Shown here piece after piece: positions 1 to 11,973 of a DNA stretch of 64,000 nt (positions are counted from its first letter, which is position 1; each line of letters starts with the position of its first letter). Below the pieces are notes generated by a model. The model was not told the DNA's origin and made no database searches. It worked only from the letters and a program-made list of their open reading frames with translations. The stretch comes from an uncultured Planctomycetota bacterium. Its GTDB lineage: Bacteria > Planctomycetota > Planctomycetia > Gemmatales > Gemmataceae. Where the stretch lies: the NCBI GenBank assembly GCA_963849325.1, contig CAWKHF010000005.1:96001-160000 (forward strand). Reading direction: 5' to 3'. The position numbers and the translations under genes were made by a program.

Positions 1-457
1 AGAGTCAGGCCGACGAAGTAGCGGAGCTTGACGAGATCGGCCTTGAGCGGATCCTCGGCCGCCAGCCGGTCCAGGGCGTGGTCCAGGGCGAGCAGATCTT
101 CCCGCGGCTCGCGGGTGGCGGCCAGGTCCGGCTGGAGTTCGAGTCGGGCGAGCCCCCTCCGTGCCGGGCAGCCGCCTTGCGGCGGGCGTGATCCACCAGG
201 ATACGCCGCATGGCCTCGGCCGCGGCGGCAAAGAAGTGGCCGCGGTTGTCCCAGCGGGCGGCGTCGGCTGGCCCGACCAGCCGCAGATACGCCTCGTGGA
301 CAAGGGCCGTTGGGTCCAGGGTGTTGCCGGGAGCCTCCTCGGCCATCCGGACGGCCGCTAGTTTGCGCAGCTCCTCATACACCAACGGCAGCAACTGCCC
401 GGCAGCGTGTGTATTGCCCTGTGCGAGGTCGGACAGGATCTGGGTGACTTCGTTCAT
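1..457 (-). CDS. ECF RNA polymerase sigma factor, planctomycete TIGR02999-like type; frameshift near 150, 3' end runs off the window
   Basis: ORF shows LLPLVYEELRKLAA, TLDPTALVHEAYLRL and FFAAAAEAMRRILVDHARRK. The shifted frame continues DLLALDHALDRLAAEDPLKADLVKLRYFVGLT (region 4). Confidence 0.9.
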
Positions 458-769
458 CGCTCACCAGAAGGCACGAACAGGGTGCGGACACCTGCGACTG
501 CCATGCTCGGGCCGGTTGGGGAATGGTAGCGCTCTTTCTCGCGTCGAACCTGTTGTAGCGTCCAGGTCGATTCCCTCCCACGAAGACTGCCGATGAGTTT
601 ACCACCAGGGTGCCCACAAATCCTCGATTTTCTTGACATGCCTCTCGTGCGGGGTGCGTGCGCCGCGGGAAAACTGCGATCAACAAACGCGCCTGGTCAG
701 GGTACAATGACATTTCCTCGTCCAGGGTACATTTCTCAACCGGACGATGCAGGGGAGGACAGACCCATC

Positions 770-2380
770 ATGCTTTCTCCCGCGGTGTTGTCGAATCCTG
801 TGCGAGCGGGTCTCGACCTGGGCCGACATGGAATCCATTATCCGGGCGCGATTCATTACCAACTGCCGCCGGCAGCATGGGTCGAGCTGGCCCTGGCGCG
901 CGACGAGGGCGTACTGGCCGACAACGGCGCCTTCGTCGCTTCCACCGGCGCGCACACCGGCCGCTCGCCGCGCGATCGCTACCTGGTGGCCGAGCCGCTG
1001 TCGCAGGCGGACATCGCCTGGGGACCGACCAATCGGCCAATGGAACCGATCGTCTTCGATCGCCTGCTGCATCGCGTCCTGGCGTACTTGCAGGGGCGCG
1101 ACCTGTTCGTCTGCGACGCCAGCGCCTGCGCCGATCCCGACCATGCTCTTCCGGTGCGCCTCATCGCCGACCGGGCCTGGCACGCGCTGTTCGCCCAGTC
1201 GTTGCTGCGCCGCGCGCCGGGGACGGACGCCGCCAGCGAGGCGGGGTTGACCATCCTGTGCGCCAGCGGCATGCACGCCGAGCCGGTCCTCGACGGCACG
1301 CACAGCGACACCTTCATCGTCCTGCACCTGGCCCGCGGCCTGGTGCTGATCGGCGGCACCGAGTACGCCGGCGAGATCAAGAAAGCCGTCTTTTCGGTCC
1401 TCAATTATCTCTTACCCTTGCGCGGCGTCGCCACCATGCACTGTGGGGCCAACGTCGGCACGGCCAGCGATACCGCCCTGTTCTTCGGCCTCTCGGGCAC
1501 CGGCAAGACGACGCTGTCGGCCGACCCCCAGCGACGGTTGATCGGTGACGACGAGCACGGTTGGTCCGACGCGGGCATCTTCAACATCGAGGGCGGCTGT
1601 TACGCCAAGACCATTCGCCTGTCGCGCGAGGGCGAGCCGCAGATCTGGAACGCCATCCGCTTCGGCAGCGTGCTGGAGAACGTGACGCTCGACCCGCACA
1701 CGCGCCGGCCGGACTATGACGACGACCATTTCACGGAGAACACCCGCGCCGCCTACCCCCTGGCCCACATCGACGGCGTCGAGCCAACCAGCCGTGGCGG
1801 TCCTCCGCGCACGATCCTGTTCCTGGCCTGCGATGCCTTCGGCGTTCTGCCGCCGTTGAGTCGATTGACGCCGGAGCAGGCGTTGTATCACTTTCTGTCG
1901 GGATACACGGCCAAGGTGGCCGGCACCGAGGCCGGCGTGCGCGAACCGGAAGCGACGTTCAGCACCTGCTTCGCCGCTCCCTTCCTGCCGCTGCATCCGA
2001 CCCGCTACGCCGAATTACTGGCCGAGCGCATACGGAGGCACGGCAGCCAGGTCTGGCTGCTCAACACCGGCTGGATTGGCGGACCCTACGGCCGAGGCCA
2101 ACGCATTCCCCTGGCGCAGACGCGAGCCATGGTGCGGGCCATTCTCGCCGGCGCTCTCGACGATGTTGCCTTTTCGCCGGAGCCGTACTTCGGCCTGCTG
2201 ACGCCGGCGGGCTGTCCCGAGGTGCCGGCGGAACTGCTGCGGCCGCACCAGACCTGCGCCGACCGCGACGATTACGAGCGCCGCGCGCGCCAGCTCGCCG
2301 AATTGTTCCGCGCTAACTTCGAGACGTACTACGCCCCGCACGTCGCCGAGCCGGTGCGCCAGGCTGGGCCGCGCGTTTGA
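770..2380 (+). CDS. pckA: phosphoenolpyruvate carboxykinase (ATP)
   Basis: Motifs TGRSPRDR, YAGEIKK, FFGLSGTGKTTLS, LIGDDEHGW, FNIEGGCYAK, TENTRAAYP. GGAGG precedes ATG 770. Confidence 0.96.
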   Translation: MLSPAVLSNPVRAGLDLGRHGIHYPGAIHYQLPPAAWVELALARDEGVLADNGAFVASTGAHTGRSPRDRYLVAEPLSQADIAWGPTNRPMEPIVFDRLLHRVLAYLQGRDLFVCDASACADPDHALPVRLIADRAWHALFAQSLLRRAPGTDAASEAGLTILCASGMHAEPVLDGTHSDTFIVLHLARGLVLIGGTEYAGEIKKAVFSVLNYLLPLRGVATMHCGANVGTASDTALFFGLSGTGKTTLSADPQRRLIGDDEHGWSDAGIFNIEGGCYAKTIRLSREGEPQIWNAIRFGSVLENVTLDPHTRRPDYDDDHFTENTRAAYPLAHIDGVEPTSRGGPPRTILFLACDAFGVLPPLSRLTPEQALYHFLSGYTAKVAGTEAGVREPEATFSTCFAAPFLPLHPTRYAELLAERIRRHGSQVWLLNTGWIGGPYGRGQRIPLAQTRAMVRAILAGALDDVAFSPEPYFGLLTPAGCPEVPAELLRPHQTCADRDDYERRARQLAELFRANFETYYAPHVAEPVRQAGPRV

Positions 2381-2408
2381 CGGCGTGTAGAGCCCGAGAG
2401 GAGCATTC

Positions 2409-2675
2409 ATGCCGCCTGATGTCCGGAAATTGCGATCCGCCTTGACGGCCTGCGAACATGCCCTCCGCCGCATCGTGGATTCTCGTCTCGACCCCTTTCT
2501 CGACCAACGCTTGCGCGACCTGAGTGAACGCAAGGAGTGGCTCAGCGCGGTGGAGCATGACGAACTGCTAGCCCTGATCGCTTTCACCCAGCAACGCACG
2601 TTGGAGCAACTTGAGGCGGAAGCAGCGTTACGGGAACTGCAATCGGCTCGCATGGACTTGGCGCGGACGTCATAA
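2409..2675 (+). CDS. small helical hypothetical protein, antitoxin-like
   Basis: 88-aa ORF with GAGGAG Shine-Dalgarno; charged and helical, no motif recognised. Confidence 0.55.
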   Translation: MPPDVRKLRSALTACEHALRRIVDSRLDPFLDQRLRDLSERKEWLSAVEHDELLALIAFTQQRTLEQLEAEAALRELQSARMDLARTS

Positions 2676-2880
2676 CTACTCTCTCCGGTGAACTATCGCC
2701 CGCGCGGCAGCGAACTGCGAACCCTTGCGGGGCGTAGGGGAGAATACGGCCGCACGCAATCGGATCGCGGGGACGGTGGATCGTCGCCTCCCCTTGCAAT
2801 GCGTGCGCTCGCGCCCTAAAACACAAGTCTCCAAGGGAATTGCGTGCCCCGGACGGGATGGGACGGATAACGGTGGGACC

Positions 2881-3853
2881 ATGATTCACGTCGAGAACTT
2901 GAGCAAGTATTTCGGCCCCGTCATGGCCGTCAACAACGTCAGCTTTCAGGTCGAAGCCAACGAGATCGTCGGCCTGCTCGGCAACAACGGCGCCGGCAAG
3001 ACGACCATCATGCGCATCCTGACCACGTATCTGCCGGCCTCCAGCGGCATCGCGCGCGTGGCCGGCTTCGACGTCATGACGCAGTCGATGGAAGTGCGCC
3101 GCCGCGTCGGCTATCTGCCCGAGAGCATCCCCCTTTATCCCGAGATGCGCGTCGAGGAATACCTGTCCTACCGGGCCAAGCTCAAGGGCGTCGAACGCCG
3201 AAAGCGGCCGCAGCGCATCGCCTACTGCCTGGAGCGCTGCCGCGTGCGCGAGGTACAGCGCCGCCTGGTCGGCACGCTGTCCAAGGGCTATCGTCAGCGC
3301 GTCGGCTTGGCCGACGCCATGATTAACGATCCGCCCATCCTGATCCTCGACGAGCCGACCGACGGCCTGGACCCCGGCCAGAAGGCCGAGACGCTCGGCA
3401 TGCTCCGCGAACTGGGGCAGGACCACACGATCATGTTGTCGTCGCACATGCTCAGCGAGGTCGAGACGCTGGTGCAGCGCGTCATCATCATTCGCCGCGG
3501 ACACCTGGGGTTGGCCAAGAAGCTGTCCGAGCTGGAGACCGACGACGTCATCGTCGTCGAGGTGCGCGGCCCGGTCGATCAGGTGGCGGTGGCCCTGCGC
3601 AACACCGAGGGCGTGGCCCAGGTGACGACGCGCGACAGCGACGACGGCGTGACGCTGTTCGAGGTGCGCACGCACCAGCTCGAAGGATCTGCGCGAGCAG
3701 ATCTCGCAGCGGTTGGCCAAGAACGGTTGGCCGATCCGTCGTCTCGATCTGCGGCGGCGCAGCCTGCAAGACCGCTGGGACGAAATCAACAACTGGGCCG
3801 ACGTCGAGTCGCCCGCCAAGCCCGCCGGCAGCAACACGGCCGTGACGGTATGA
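2881..3853 (+). CDS. ABC transporter ATP-binding protein (GldA-like); frameshift near 3685
   Basis: Walker A GNNGAGKTT, signature LSKGYRQRVGLA, Walker B ILILDEPT, H-loop SSH. The C-terminus continues in another frame to TGA 3851-3853. Confidence 0.92.
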
Positions 3854-3904
3854 GCCGCTTGTGGCTTCGCGCGAACCGCAAGCAGCCCCTGTGAGGATGC
3901 CACC

Positions 3905-5489
3905 ATGTCCAGCAAGGCGATCACCCAACCCCAAGGCCCGCGTCCCGGCGGCGACTGGCAGTCGCGCCAGGAAACGGCGCCGTCGGTCCTCCGCAGCGAC
4001 GATCCCGGGTTCGCGCGCGTCGTCGGCATGATCGGAGCGGCCAGCGTCATCTTCGGCGGTATGGCCCTGATCCTGCAAGGCACCGGCCGCATCACGCCCT
4101 TGGGCACTGGCTGGTCAAGCTTCCTGCTGGCCGCCGGCGTCGCCGGGCTGCTGTTCCACGCCGCCTTCGATTGGGACCTGCAATTTCGCCGCCTGTACAT
4201 GCTGTTCGGCTCCGTCGTCGTCATCGTCGGCGTCTTCCTCGCCGTCGTGCCCTACAACGGCCAGATGGGTTCGCTGTTCGGCCACGGCTTTTTGTGCCTG
4301 CTGCTGGGTCTGTTGTTCCTGCTGGCCTTCCTGCGCAACGAGACCGACGCCTGGATGCGGCGATCCGTGTACAACGCCCTGGGCATCCTGGGCGGACTGA
4401 TGGCCGTCGTCGGCCTGGTCGGCGGCAACGTCAAGGGCGAGTTCCTGACGCCCATCGGTCTGCTGCTGTCGGTGCTCGGCCTCATCTACGCGACCGCCTA
4501 CGTCGCCGGCGTCGGCGTCAGCGATGACCGCGGCTACCGCGCCGGCCTGGGCCTCGGCGTCCTCGGAGTCCTTGTCTTCGTCGTCGCCCTGGGCCGCTCC
4601 GCTCTGCCGCCGTTGTTCTACCGCTGGCACTGGACGCAAAACCAGCCGGCCGACTACCTCGTCCCTTACGGCCTGCTGCTGATGGCCCTGGGGCTGCTCT
4701 ACGTTTGCGTGTCGCTGCTGTTGTGCTCGGATTGGACCCTGATCGTGTTGACGCGACGCGAACTCGGCTCGATGTTCTATTCGCCCATCGCCTACATCGT
4801 GCTGTTCGTCTTCGTCATTGCGCACTGGTGGGCGTACTTCTGGGTGCTGTCGGGCATGTTGCTCAGCGAGGCGTCGTCGCCGGAGCCGATTGTCAGCAAC
4901 TTCATTTTGCAGTGGTCCGCCGTCATCAGCACCATTGTCGTCATCCCCGTGCTGACGATGCGGCTGTTGAGCGAGGAGAAGCGCGCGGGCACGCTGGAGG
5001 TGCTGCTGACGGCGCCGGTCGATGAGGGGGCGGTAGTGATCAGCAAGTTCCTGGCCGCCTGCGTCATGTTCCTGACCATGTGGGTGCCGTTCGGCCTGTT
5101 TTTGGTGTACCTGCGCCTGGGCGGCGGCTCGGAGTTCGACTATCGGCCTCTGTTCAGCTTTACCATCGGCCTGGCGGTGACGTCGGCGGCGTTCGTCAGC
5201 ATGGGCGTATTCTTCTCCAGCCTGACGCGCAGCCAGGTCGCCAGCGGCGTGCTGACCTTCGCCGGCATGTTGTCGTTGACGCTGCTGTTCCTGGTCGGCG
5301 GCATGCTCAGTCGCTTCATGGCCTCCAGCGCCTGGGTGACGGTGCTCAAGCACCTGTCCTACATCGACGTGTGGATCGACACGCTGGATGGCCGGCTGCA
5401 TGCCGCGGCAGCTGATTTTCTTCGCGTCCATGACGGTGGTTTGGCTGTTCTTGAGCGTCAAGGTGCTGGAAGCGCGAAAATGGACGTGA
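3905..5489 (+). CDS. ABC-2 type permease (GldF-like) with long extra N-terminal multi-TM region; frameshift near 5400
   Basis: RRELGSMFYSPIAY and TMRLLSEEKRAGTLEVLLTAPV..VVISKFLA motifs with many hydrophobic helices. The shifted frame ends LEARKWT. Confidence 0.88.
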
Positions 5490-5502
5490 GCTAAGTTCCT
5501 CG

Positions 5503-5572
5503 AACCGGCGAGCGGGGGGCGTCAGCCCCCTGTTGGCAACAAACAGGGGGCTGACGCCCCCGCTCGCCAGTT
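5503..5572. repeat. REP-like palindrome (GGCGAGCGGGGGGCGTCAGCCCCCTG arms)
   Basis: Near-perfect inverted repeat between the permease and the GldG-like gene. Confidence 0.8.
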
Positions 5573-5595
5573 GAGGCGTCGTGAGGAGTGGAATC

Positions 5596-7726
5596 ATGTC
5601 GAGCATTCCATCGACAACGAATACAGGTGACGTCTACGAACGCCTGGCGGCCAAGCGGCAGACAATCGCCTACGCGCTGATCGTCGCCGGCATCGCGCTG
5701 GCGGCCATCCCCATCACCAACGTGGCCCTGTATCGCTGGCAGTCACTGGCGGTCTTCCTCTGGGGGGCCGGACTGTCGCTGTTCGTCCTCCTGGCGGGTG
5801 TGATCTACCTCGTGCTGGAGACGACCGGCAGCCGCCGCGACGAGGCGGACCGTCTGCGCGTCACCGTGCTTATCGTGCTGGGCGGCGTTGGCCTGCTGAC
5901 GGCCCTGCTGGGTTTGCTGCTGCCGTTCGCGTCGCCGCCGTTCGCCTTGACCAACTACCCGGACATCTTCGCCGGCGGCGTGCGCAAGTGGCGCGAACGC
6001 GACAACGCCCTGGCCCTGACTCGCTGCGGCGCGGCGCTCCTCGGCGGCCTGGTCCTGATGTTCGTCGGACTGATCCAGGCCCGCACCTTCGAGCGCACCC
6101 GCCCCAACCTGCGCCGCCTGCTCTACGGCTACAACGCCATCCTCACCAGTCTGCTGCTCGTCCTCATCGTCATTCTCGTCAACCTGCTGCCCTATTCGGG
6201 CGTTCGGCCGTTCAGCTACGCCAACGAGTCGATCGACTGGACGCGCGCCGGCATCCACACGCTGCACCCGGCGACGAAGAACCTGCTGGCCGAGCTGAAG
6301 CAGCCCGTCAAGGTGTACGTGCTCGGCTCGGCCAACGATCGCGTCATGTTCGAGATGACGGCGCTGCTGGAGAAGTGCCGGGCCATCGATCCGCAACTGA
6401 GCTGGGAGCAGGTCTCGCGCGACCGCAACCGCGACCGCCATGCTGCGAGCTGATGCGAGAAGTACAGCGTCCCCGAGAGCGAGGGCGTGCTCGTCGTCTA
6501 CGGGCCGGCCGGGAACGAGGTCCACGAGTTCATCAAGAGCAGCGACCTGTTCGAGACGAACATGGCCGACCCGGCCGGGCCAACGCTTCACCTTCAAGGG
6601 CGAGAACGCCCTGCTCAACGCGCTGACCTTCCTGTCCGCGGGCAAGACGAAGGCCGACGGTCTACTTCACGCAGGGCAACGGCGAACTGGCGTTCAACGA
6701 TCGCAGCGCCGACCGCATCGACGTGGGCATGGGTCTGCTGATCGACGAGCTGGGCCGCGTCAACTACCAGACGCGCGAGCTGGACCGTGACGGCGGACAC
6801 GGACAAGATGCCCGAGGACGCCGACATCGTTGTCGATCGCTCGGCCGCGCGAGGAGGTGCCGGCCAAGTTCGTCGACCGCCCTGCGCGACTACCTGCAGC
6901 GGCACCAATCGCAAGGACAAGAAGAAGGGCAAGCTGATCGTGCTGTTCGACGTGGTGCAGCGCGGCGGCAAGGGGCCGATGGTGCGCACCGGGCTGGAGG
7001 CGCTGGTGGCCGAGCAAGGCGTCCGCGTCGGCGACAACCGGGTGCTCGATCCGTCGAGCCGCCGCGATCCCCTGGCCCTGACCGTCATCGCCGACCCGCG
7101 CAGCAAGAACCCGATCGCCCGCGCCTTCTCCAACGAGGCTGAGGGATCGTCGCTGTTTTTGCTTCTACCAGGCCCGGACCGTGGAGCCGGCGCAAGCGAA
7201 CCCGCCCGGCGCGCCGGCGCCGTCCGGCCGACAACCTGATCATCACCTTCCCGGTACAGCGCGGTCCTGGTCGATGACGGACCTGAACGTCCCGCCGCGC
7301 GCCCTGATCGAGGAGTTGATGACGCGATCCGCGAGAAGATCAACGAAAAGTTGAGCCCGCACGCCGCGTGCCGTTGGCCGTGACGGTCGCCGAGGGCAAG
7401 ACGCAGGCGCCGCCGATCCCCGGCCACGATTTCATGGCCAAGGAGGGCCAGCCGCGCCTGGTGGTCTTCGGCGACGCCAGCTGGATCTCCAATCCGCTGC
7501 TTCAGCAGGCCGCTCCGAACCATTTCAACCTGTTCGCCAGCTCGTCTGTCGTGGCTGGCGGAACGAGCCGGACATCGGCAACCGCGTACCGCCGACGCAG
7601 CATGATCTGTATCGCCTCAAGGCGCCGCCCGGCAGCGGCGGCCGTCTGCTGTTTCTGCCCGGTTTCCTTCTGATGCTGGGCGTGCTGGCCCTGGGCGTCG
7701 GCGTCTGGGTGGTGCGGCGGCGCTGA
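5596..7726 (+). CDS. GldG-like ABC auxiliary component; several frameshifts
   Basis: IDWTRAGIHTLHPATKNLLAEL, then YFTQGNGEL, PRLVVFGDASWISN and a C-terminal TM helix ending WVVRRR, pieced across frames. Confidence 0.8.
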
Positions 7727-7748
7727 TCTTTACCGAGGTTCCCTCGCC

Positions 7749-10284
7749 ATGAATTTCAAAACAACCTACGTCCTCTTCGGCATTCTCGGTGTTGTACTGT
7801 TGGTGTTCGCCTGGGTGCTGTGGGTCGGCCCCACGAACGTCGAGCAGACCGCTTTCGTGCTGCCCTCCATGCACAAGGAGGGCAGTCCGCTCGATCCCAA
7901 GGACATCACCCGCGTCGAGATCGAGCGCAGCAGTCCCAGCGCCGAGAAGTTCGTCTTCGTCCGCGACGCCGGCGGCGATCCCTGGCGCATCGTCGAGCCG
8001 CGCGACTACGCGGCCAACAGCTCCGCCATCGACAATCTCGTCCGCCAGGTCTACAACGCCCGCCTCGAAGAGAAATCGGACGTGGTCAACAACCCCAAGC
8101 AGTACGGTCTGGAAACGCCGGTCGAGGTCGTCACGCTCATCAAGGAGGCCGAGCCGCGGCGCGAGGTGAAGCTCAACGTCGGCGAGGCCAGTCCCGGCAA
8201 GGATAAGGCCGTCATCTACGTCACCTCGTCGGATCGCAGCGAGGTCATGGCCGTGCGCAAGAACGACCTGGACAGCGTCAAGAAGACCGCTGGCCGAATT
8301 CCGCAGCCACGACCTGCTCAGCCCGGCGACCGGCGACATCCAGGCGTTCGCGCTCAGCCAGCGCAACAAGGACAAGGTGGTCAAGGGACCGATCGAAGTG
8401 AAGAAGGGCAGCGAGGAACGCTGGACCTACGTGCAGCCGCCCTACGGCGATGCCCAGGTGGAGGGAGCCGACCCGGCCGCGGCGGATAAGCCGCCCAGCA
8501 ACGTCCGCTCGGTGCTGACCGACATCTCCAACTTGAAGGTGGAGAACAACGGCGATTTCGTCAAGGACGACGTGACGGACCTGGGCAAATACCACCTCGA
8601 CCCGGCCAAGGACGACGTCTTGCGCATCGAGATCGAGCGCGTCGAGGAGATTGCCAAGAACGCCGAGGGCGAGAAGGAAAAGAAGACAACCAAGATCGCC
8701 CTGCTCGTCGGCATTGGCAAGAAGGTAGACGACAAAAGCGATCAGTATTATGCCTGCATCGACGATCCCAAACACAAGGACATCGTCAAGGTCGCGGTCA
8801 AGAACGTCGAGCGCTTCGTCAAGCTGCTGGACAAGCCGGACGCCCTGCGCGATCGCAATCTCGTCGCCCTGGGCAATATCCGCAAGCCGGACGCCATCGA
8901 CGTCAAGAACAGTTACGGCCTGCTGGAGTTCCGTCGTACCTCGGATACGCAGAAGCCGTGGAAGCTGTGGCGAGGCGACAAATCGTATCCCGTCGATGAG
9001 CCGTCCATCCAGAACCTGATTACGCTGCTGACGGCGCCGAACCAGGTCGAATCGTTCCCCGATCCCAAGGAGAAGGCACAGCTGGGCCTGGACAAACCGG
9101 ATGTCGTCGTGACGCTGTGGGCCGACAGTCTGCCGGCGGAGGACAAAAAGAAGGACGACAAGGACAAAAAAGAGGAGAAAAAGGACAAGAAACCGGAGCC
9201 GAAGGACAAGTCCAAGCCGGCGTACACACTGTCGTTCGGATTCCGCAAGGAGAACGCAGTGGCCGTCGAACGCAAGCGCGGCGACGACAAGAACAGCGTC
9301 CTTGTGATGGTGCCGGCCAAGCTGCTCGACCAGGTGCGCGAGGGACCGCTGGCTTACCTCGACAAAGAGTTGCCGCCGTTTGGCAACAGCCGCTTCGACG
9401 CCGTGACGGGGGTGACGAAGCTGGCGCTGACGCGCGACGGCACCACCTACGAAATCAGCCGCGAGAATAAGCCCGACGCGCCGTGGAAGATCGACAAACC
9501 GTCCGACTTCGCCGGCCGCACCGCCGACCGCGCCGCCGTCGAAAACATGCTGCGCGACCTCAACAACCTGCGCGCCGTCAAGATCGTCGAGGACAAGATA
9601 CCCGCCGACGCCAAGCTGGCCGAGTGGGGATTGAAGGAGCCGCGCATCAAGGCCGTCGTCACGGTGACCAAGGACGGCAAGCCCAAGACGTTCACCTACG
9701 ACTTCGGCAAGGAGGCTGACGACAAGAGCGGCGTCTATCTCCGCACCGGCCAGCAAGACACGATTGTCGTCGTTGCCAACAACGTCGTCACCACGTTGCA
9801 GCGCGAATTGCAGGACCCGACCGTGCTCCAGTTCGACACGGCCAAGGTCAAGGAGGTCAAGCTGACGGGCTGGATCACTCTGGCGAAGCAGCTCGGCAAG
9901 AACACACCGCTAACGCACACCTTCAAGCGCCACGCCAATGGCACCGACTGGGAGGCCGAATCGAAGGACGCGCTCAAGCCCGATGCCAAGCGGCTGAACG
10001 ATTTCCTCAAGGAACTGTCCAATCTCAAGGCGGTGAAGTTCGTCGCCCACAAGGCGACGCCGAAGGCCGAGCAGGAGCTGGACCCGGCCAAGGGGGCGCT
10101 GCTGATCGAGCTGACCGTTGCCGGCGACAAGGAGCCGAAGAAGCTGACGTTGACGGTGGGCAAGGCGGACGGCGACGCCGCTTACTTCGCCATCAGCAAC
10201 CAGCTGCCCGGCGACATCTTCGACGTTCGCAAGGACATCTTCGAGAAGCCGCGATCCGCCCCGGCGTACTTCAGTGGGCAATGA
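7749..10284 (+). CDS. DUF4340-repeat protein with N-terminal membrane anchor; frameshift near 8285
   Basis: MNFKTTYVLF anchor, repeated W-x-I-x-x-P and YGL/WGLxxP units, and the usual position after GldA/F/G-like genes. Confidence 0.8.
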
Positions 10285-10285
10285 T

Positions 10286-10353
10286 CCGTTTCGCCGCGAC
10301 TGCGCAGCGGAGCGCGGCACGCTCGCGCTCCGCTGCGCATCGCGGCGAAACGG
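10286..10353. repeat. REP-like palindrome family A (GTTTAGCCGCGACGCGCAGCGGAGCGCG arms), copy 1
   Basis: Long inverted repeat; related copies at 26347, 28539 and 31493. Confidence 0.85.
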
Positions 10354-10427
10354 CGTTTCTTGCAATCCCTTCCTCGTGTCCGTATAGTTCACACGTGCCT
10401 TTCGGGCGATGGAACGCGAGGAGAGCC

Positions 10428-11804
10428 ATGACCCCCCCGATCATGCGGCGCATTCATCTCGGCGGCGCCGGCGCCGCCGAGCAGCTGGCTCGTCTCCGCG
10501 CGCAGCTCGGCGCTCAGGGCAACGTGGTCTCGGCGCGCGGCCGCGCCTTGACCGAGAAGGTCTTCGGCGAAGCGCTGCCGCCGTCGCGCGTGGTCGAGCG
10601 GGTCTGTGAGGACGTGCGCCAGCGCGGCCGCGAGGCCGTCTTCCACTACACTGAGCAGTTCGACCGCGTCCGCCTCGACGCCGACACGCTGCGCGTCAGT
10701 CGCTCCGAGCTGGAGGAGGCGCACGCGGCGGCGGAGGCGGCCTTGCTGGAGACGGTGCGGCGCGTGCGGCAGAACATCCTGTCGTTTCAGCTTGGTCTGC
10801 TCCATCGCACGGCCCGGTTAGCGGTATCCGGCCGGCACGAGCTGCGCCTGCGCTATCGACCGATGCGGCGCGTCGGCATCCTGGTGCCGGGTGGGGCAGC
10901 AGCGTATCCCTCAACGCTGCTGATGACGGTCTGTCCGGCGCAGGCGGCGGGGGTGAAAGAGCTGGCCGTCGTCATGCCGCCGACGAAGACGGGCGCCTAC
11001 AACAAGGACATGCTGGCCGTCTGTCAGGAGCTGGGCGTCACCGAGGTTTATCGCGTCGGCGGAGCGCAGGCCGTGGCCGCCCTCGCTTACGGCATCGAGG
11101 GATTGCCGCCGGTGGACATGATCGTGGGGCCGGGCAACCTGTTCGTCGCCCTGGCCAAGCGGCACGTCTTCGGCCAGGTGGCCATCGACTGTATTGCCGG
11201 GCCGAGCGAGGTGGTGGTGCTGGCCGACGCTTCCGCGTCGCCGGAGTTCGTCGCCTCCGATCTGATCGCCCAGGCCGAACACGCTCCCGGCGCCAGTATC
11301 CTCGTCACCTGGCACGCGCCGCTGATGGACGCGGTCGAGTCCGCCTTGCAAGCGCAGTTGTCGCGCCTGTCGCGCGGCGAGCTGGCCCGCGAGAGCCTCG
11401 AACAGTTTGGCGCCCTCGTGCTGGCCCGCGACGCGAACGAGGCGGTCGCCTGCGTCAACGAGTTGGCCCCGGAGCACCTGCAGATCGCCGCCGACGACGC
11501 CGAGGCGCTGGGCGAGCGCATCGACAACGTCGGGGCGATCTTCCTCGGCCCGTACACGCCGGTAGCGGTCGGCGATTACGCGGCTGGTCCATCGCACGTG
11601 TTGCCGACCGGCGGCACGGCGCGCTTCACCAGTGGGCTGACGGCCAACGATTTCCTACGCCGCAGCAGCATCCTGTCGTTCACGCGCGACGGCCTGTCGC
11701 GCATGGCCGACGACGTGATCCGCCTGGCCCAGCGCGAAGGTCTGACCGCCCACGCCGCCAGCATCGAAGTACGCCTACCCGAGACCACCGAAACAAACAA
11801 ATAG
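10428..11804 (+). CDS. hisD: histidinol dehydrogenase
   Basis: VPGGAAAYPSTLLM, GGAQAVAALAYG, GPGNLFVALAK, AGPSE, QAEH, APEHL, GDYAAGPSHVLPT. Confidence 0.96.
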   Translation: MTPPIMRRIHLGGAGAAEQLARLRAQLGAQGNVVSARGRALTEKVFGEALPPSRVVERVCEDVRQRGREAVFHYTEQFDRVRLDADTLRVSRSELEEAHAAAEAALLETVRRVRQNILSFQLGLLHRTARLAVSGRHELRLRYRPMRRVGILVPGGAAAYPSTLLMTVCPAQAAGVKELAVVMPPTKTGAYNKDMLAVCQELGVTEVYRVGGAQAVAALAYGIEGLPPVDMIVGPGNLFVALAKRHVFGQVAIDCIAGPSEVVVLADASASPEFVASDLIAQAEHAPGASILVTWHAPLMDAVESALQAQLSRLSRGELARESLEQFGALVLARDANEAVACVNELAPEHLQIAADDAEALGERIDNVGAIFLGPYTPVAVGDYAAGPSHVLPTGGTARFTSGLTANDFLRRSSILSFTRDGLSRMADDVIRLAQREGLTAHAASIEVRLPETTETNK

Positions 11805-11805
11805 A

Positions 11806-11952
11806 CACCACGGAAAGCACGGAATACACGGAAAAAAGCCAAAAACCATAAAAGATCTATAGGGGAGAGCGCCCCATTTAGTTTGGGAAAGATGATCGGT
11901 ACGTTCATTCTGCTTTTGTCTTTTTTCCGTATTTTCCGTGTTTTCCGTGGTG
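11806..11952. repeat. inverted repeat of tandem CACGGAA units enclosing an AT-rich core
   Basis: CACCACGGAAAGCACGGAATACACGGAAAA ... TTTTCCGTATTTTCCGTGTTTTCCGTGGTG between hisD and hisC. Confidence 0.75.
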
Positions 11953-11973
11953 AAATGTTTTTGGAGGTCGGCG

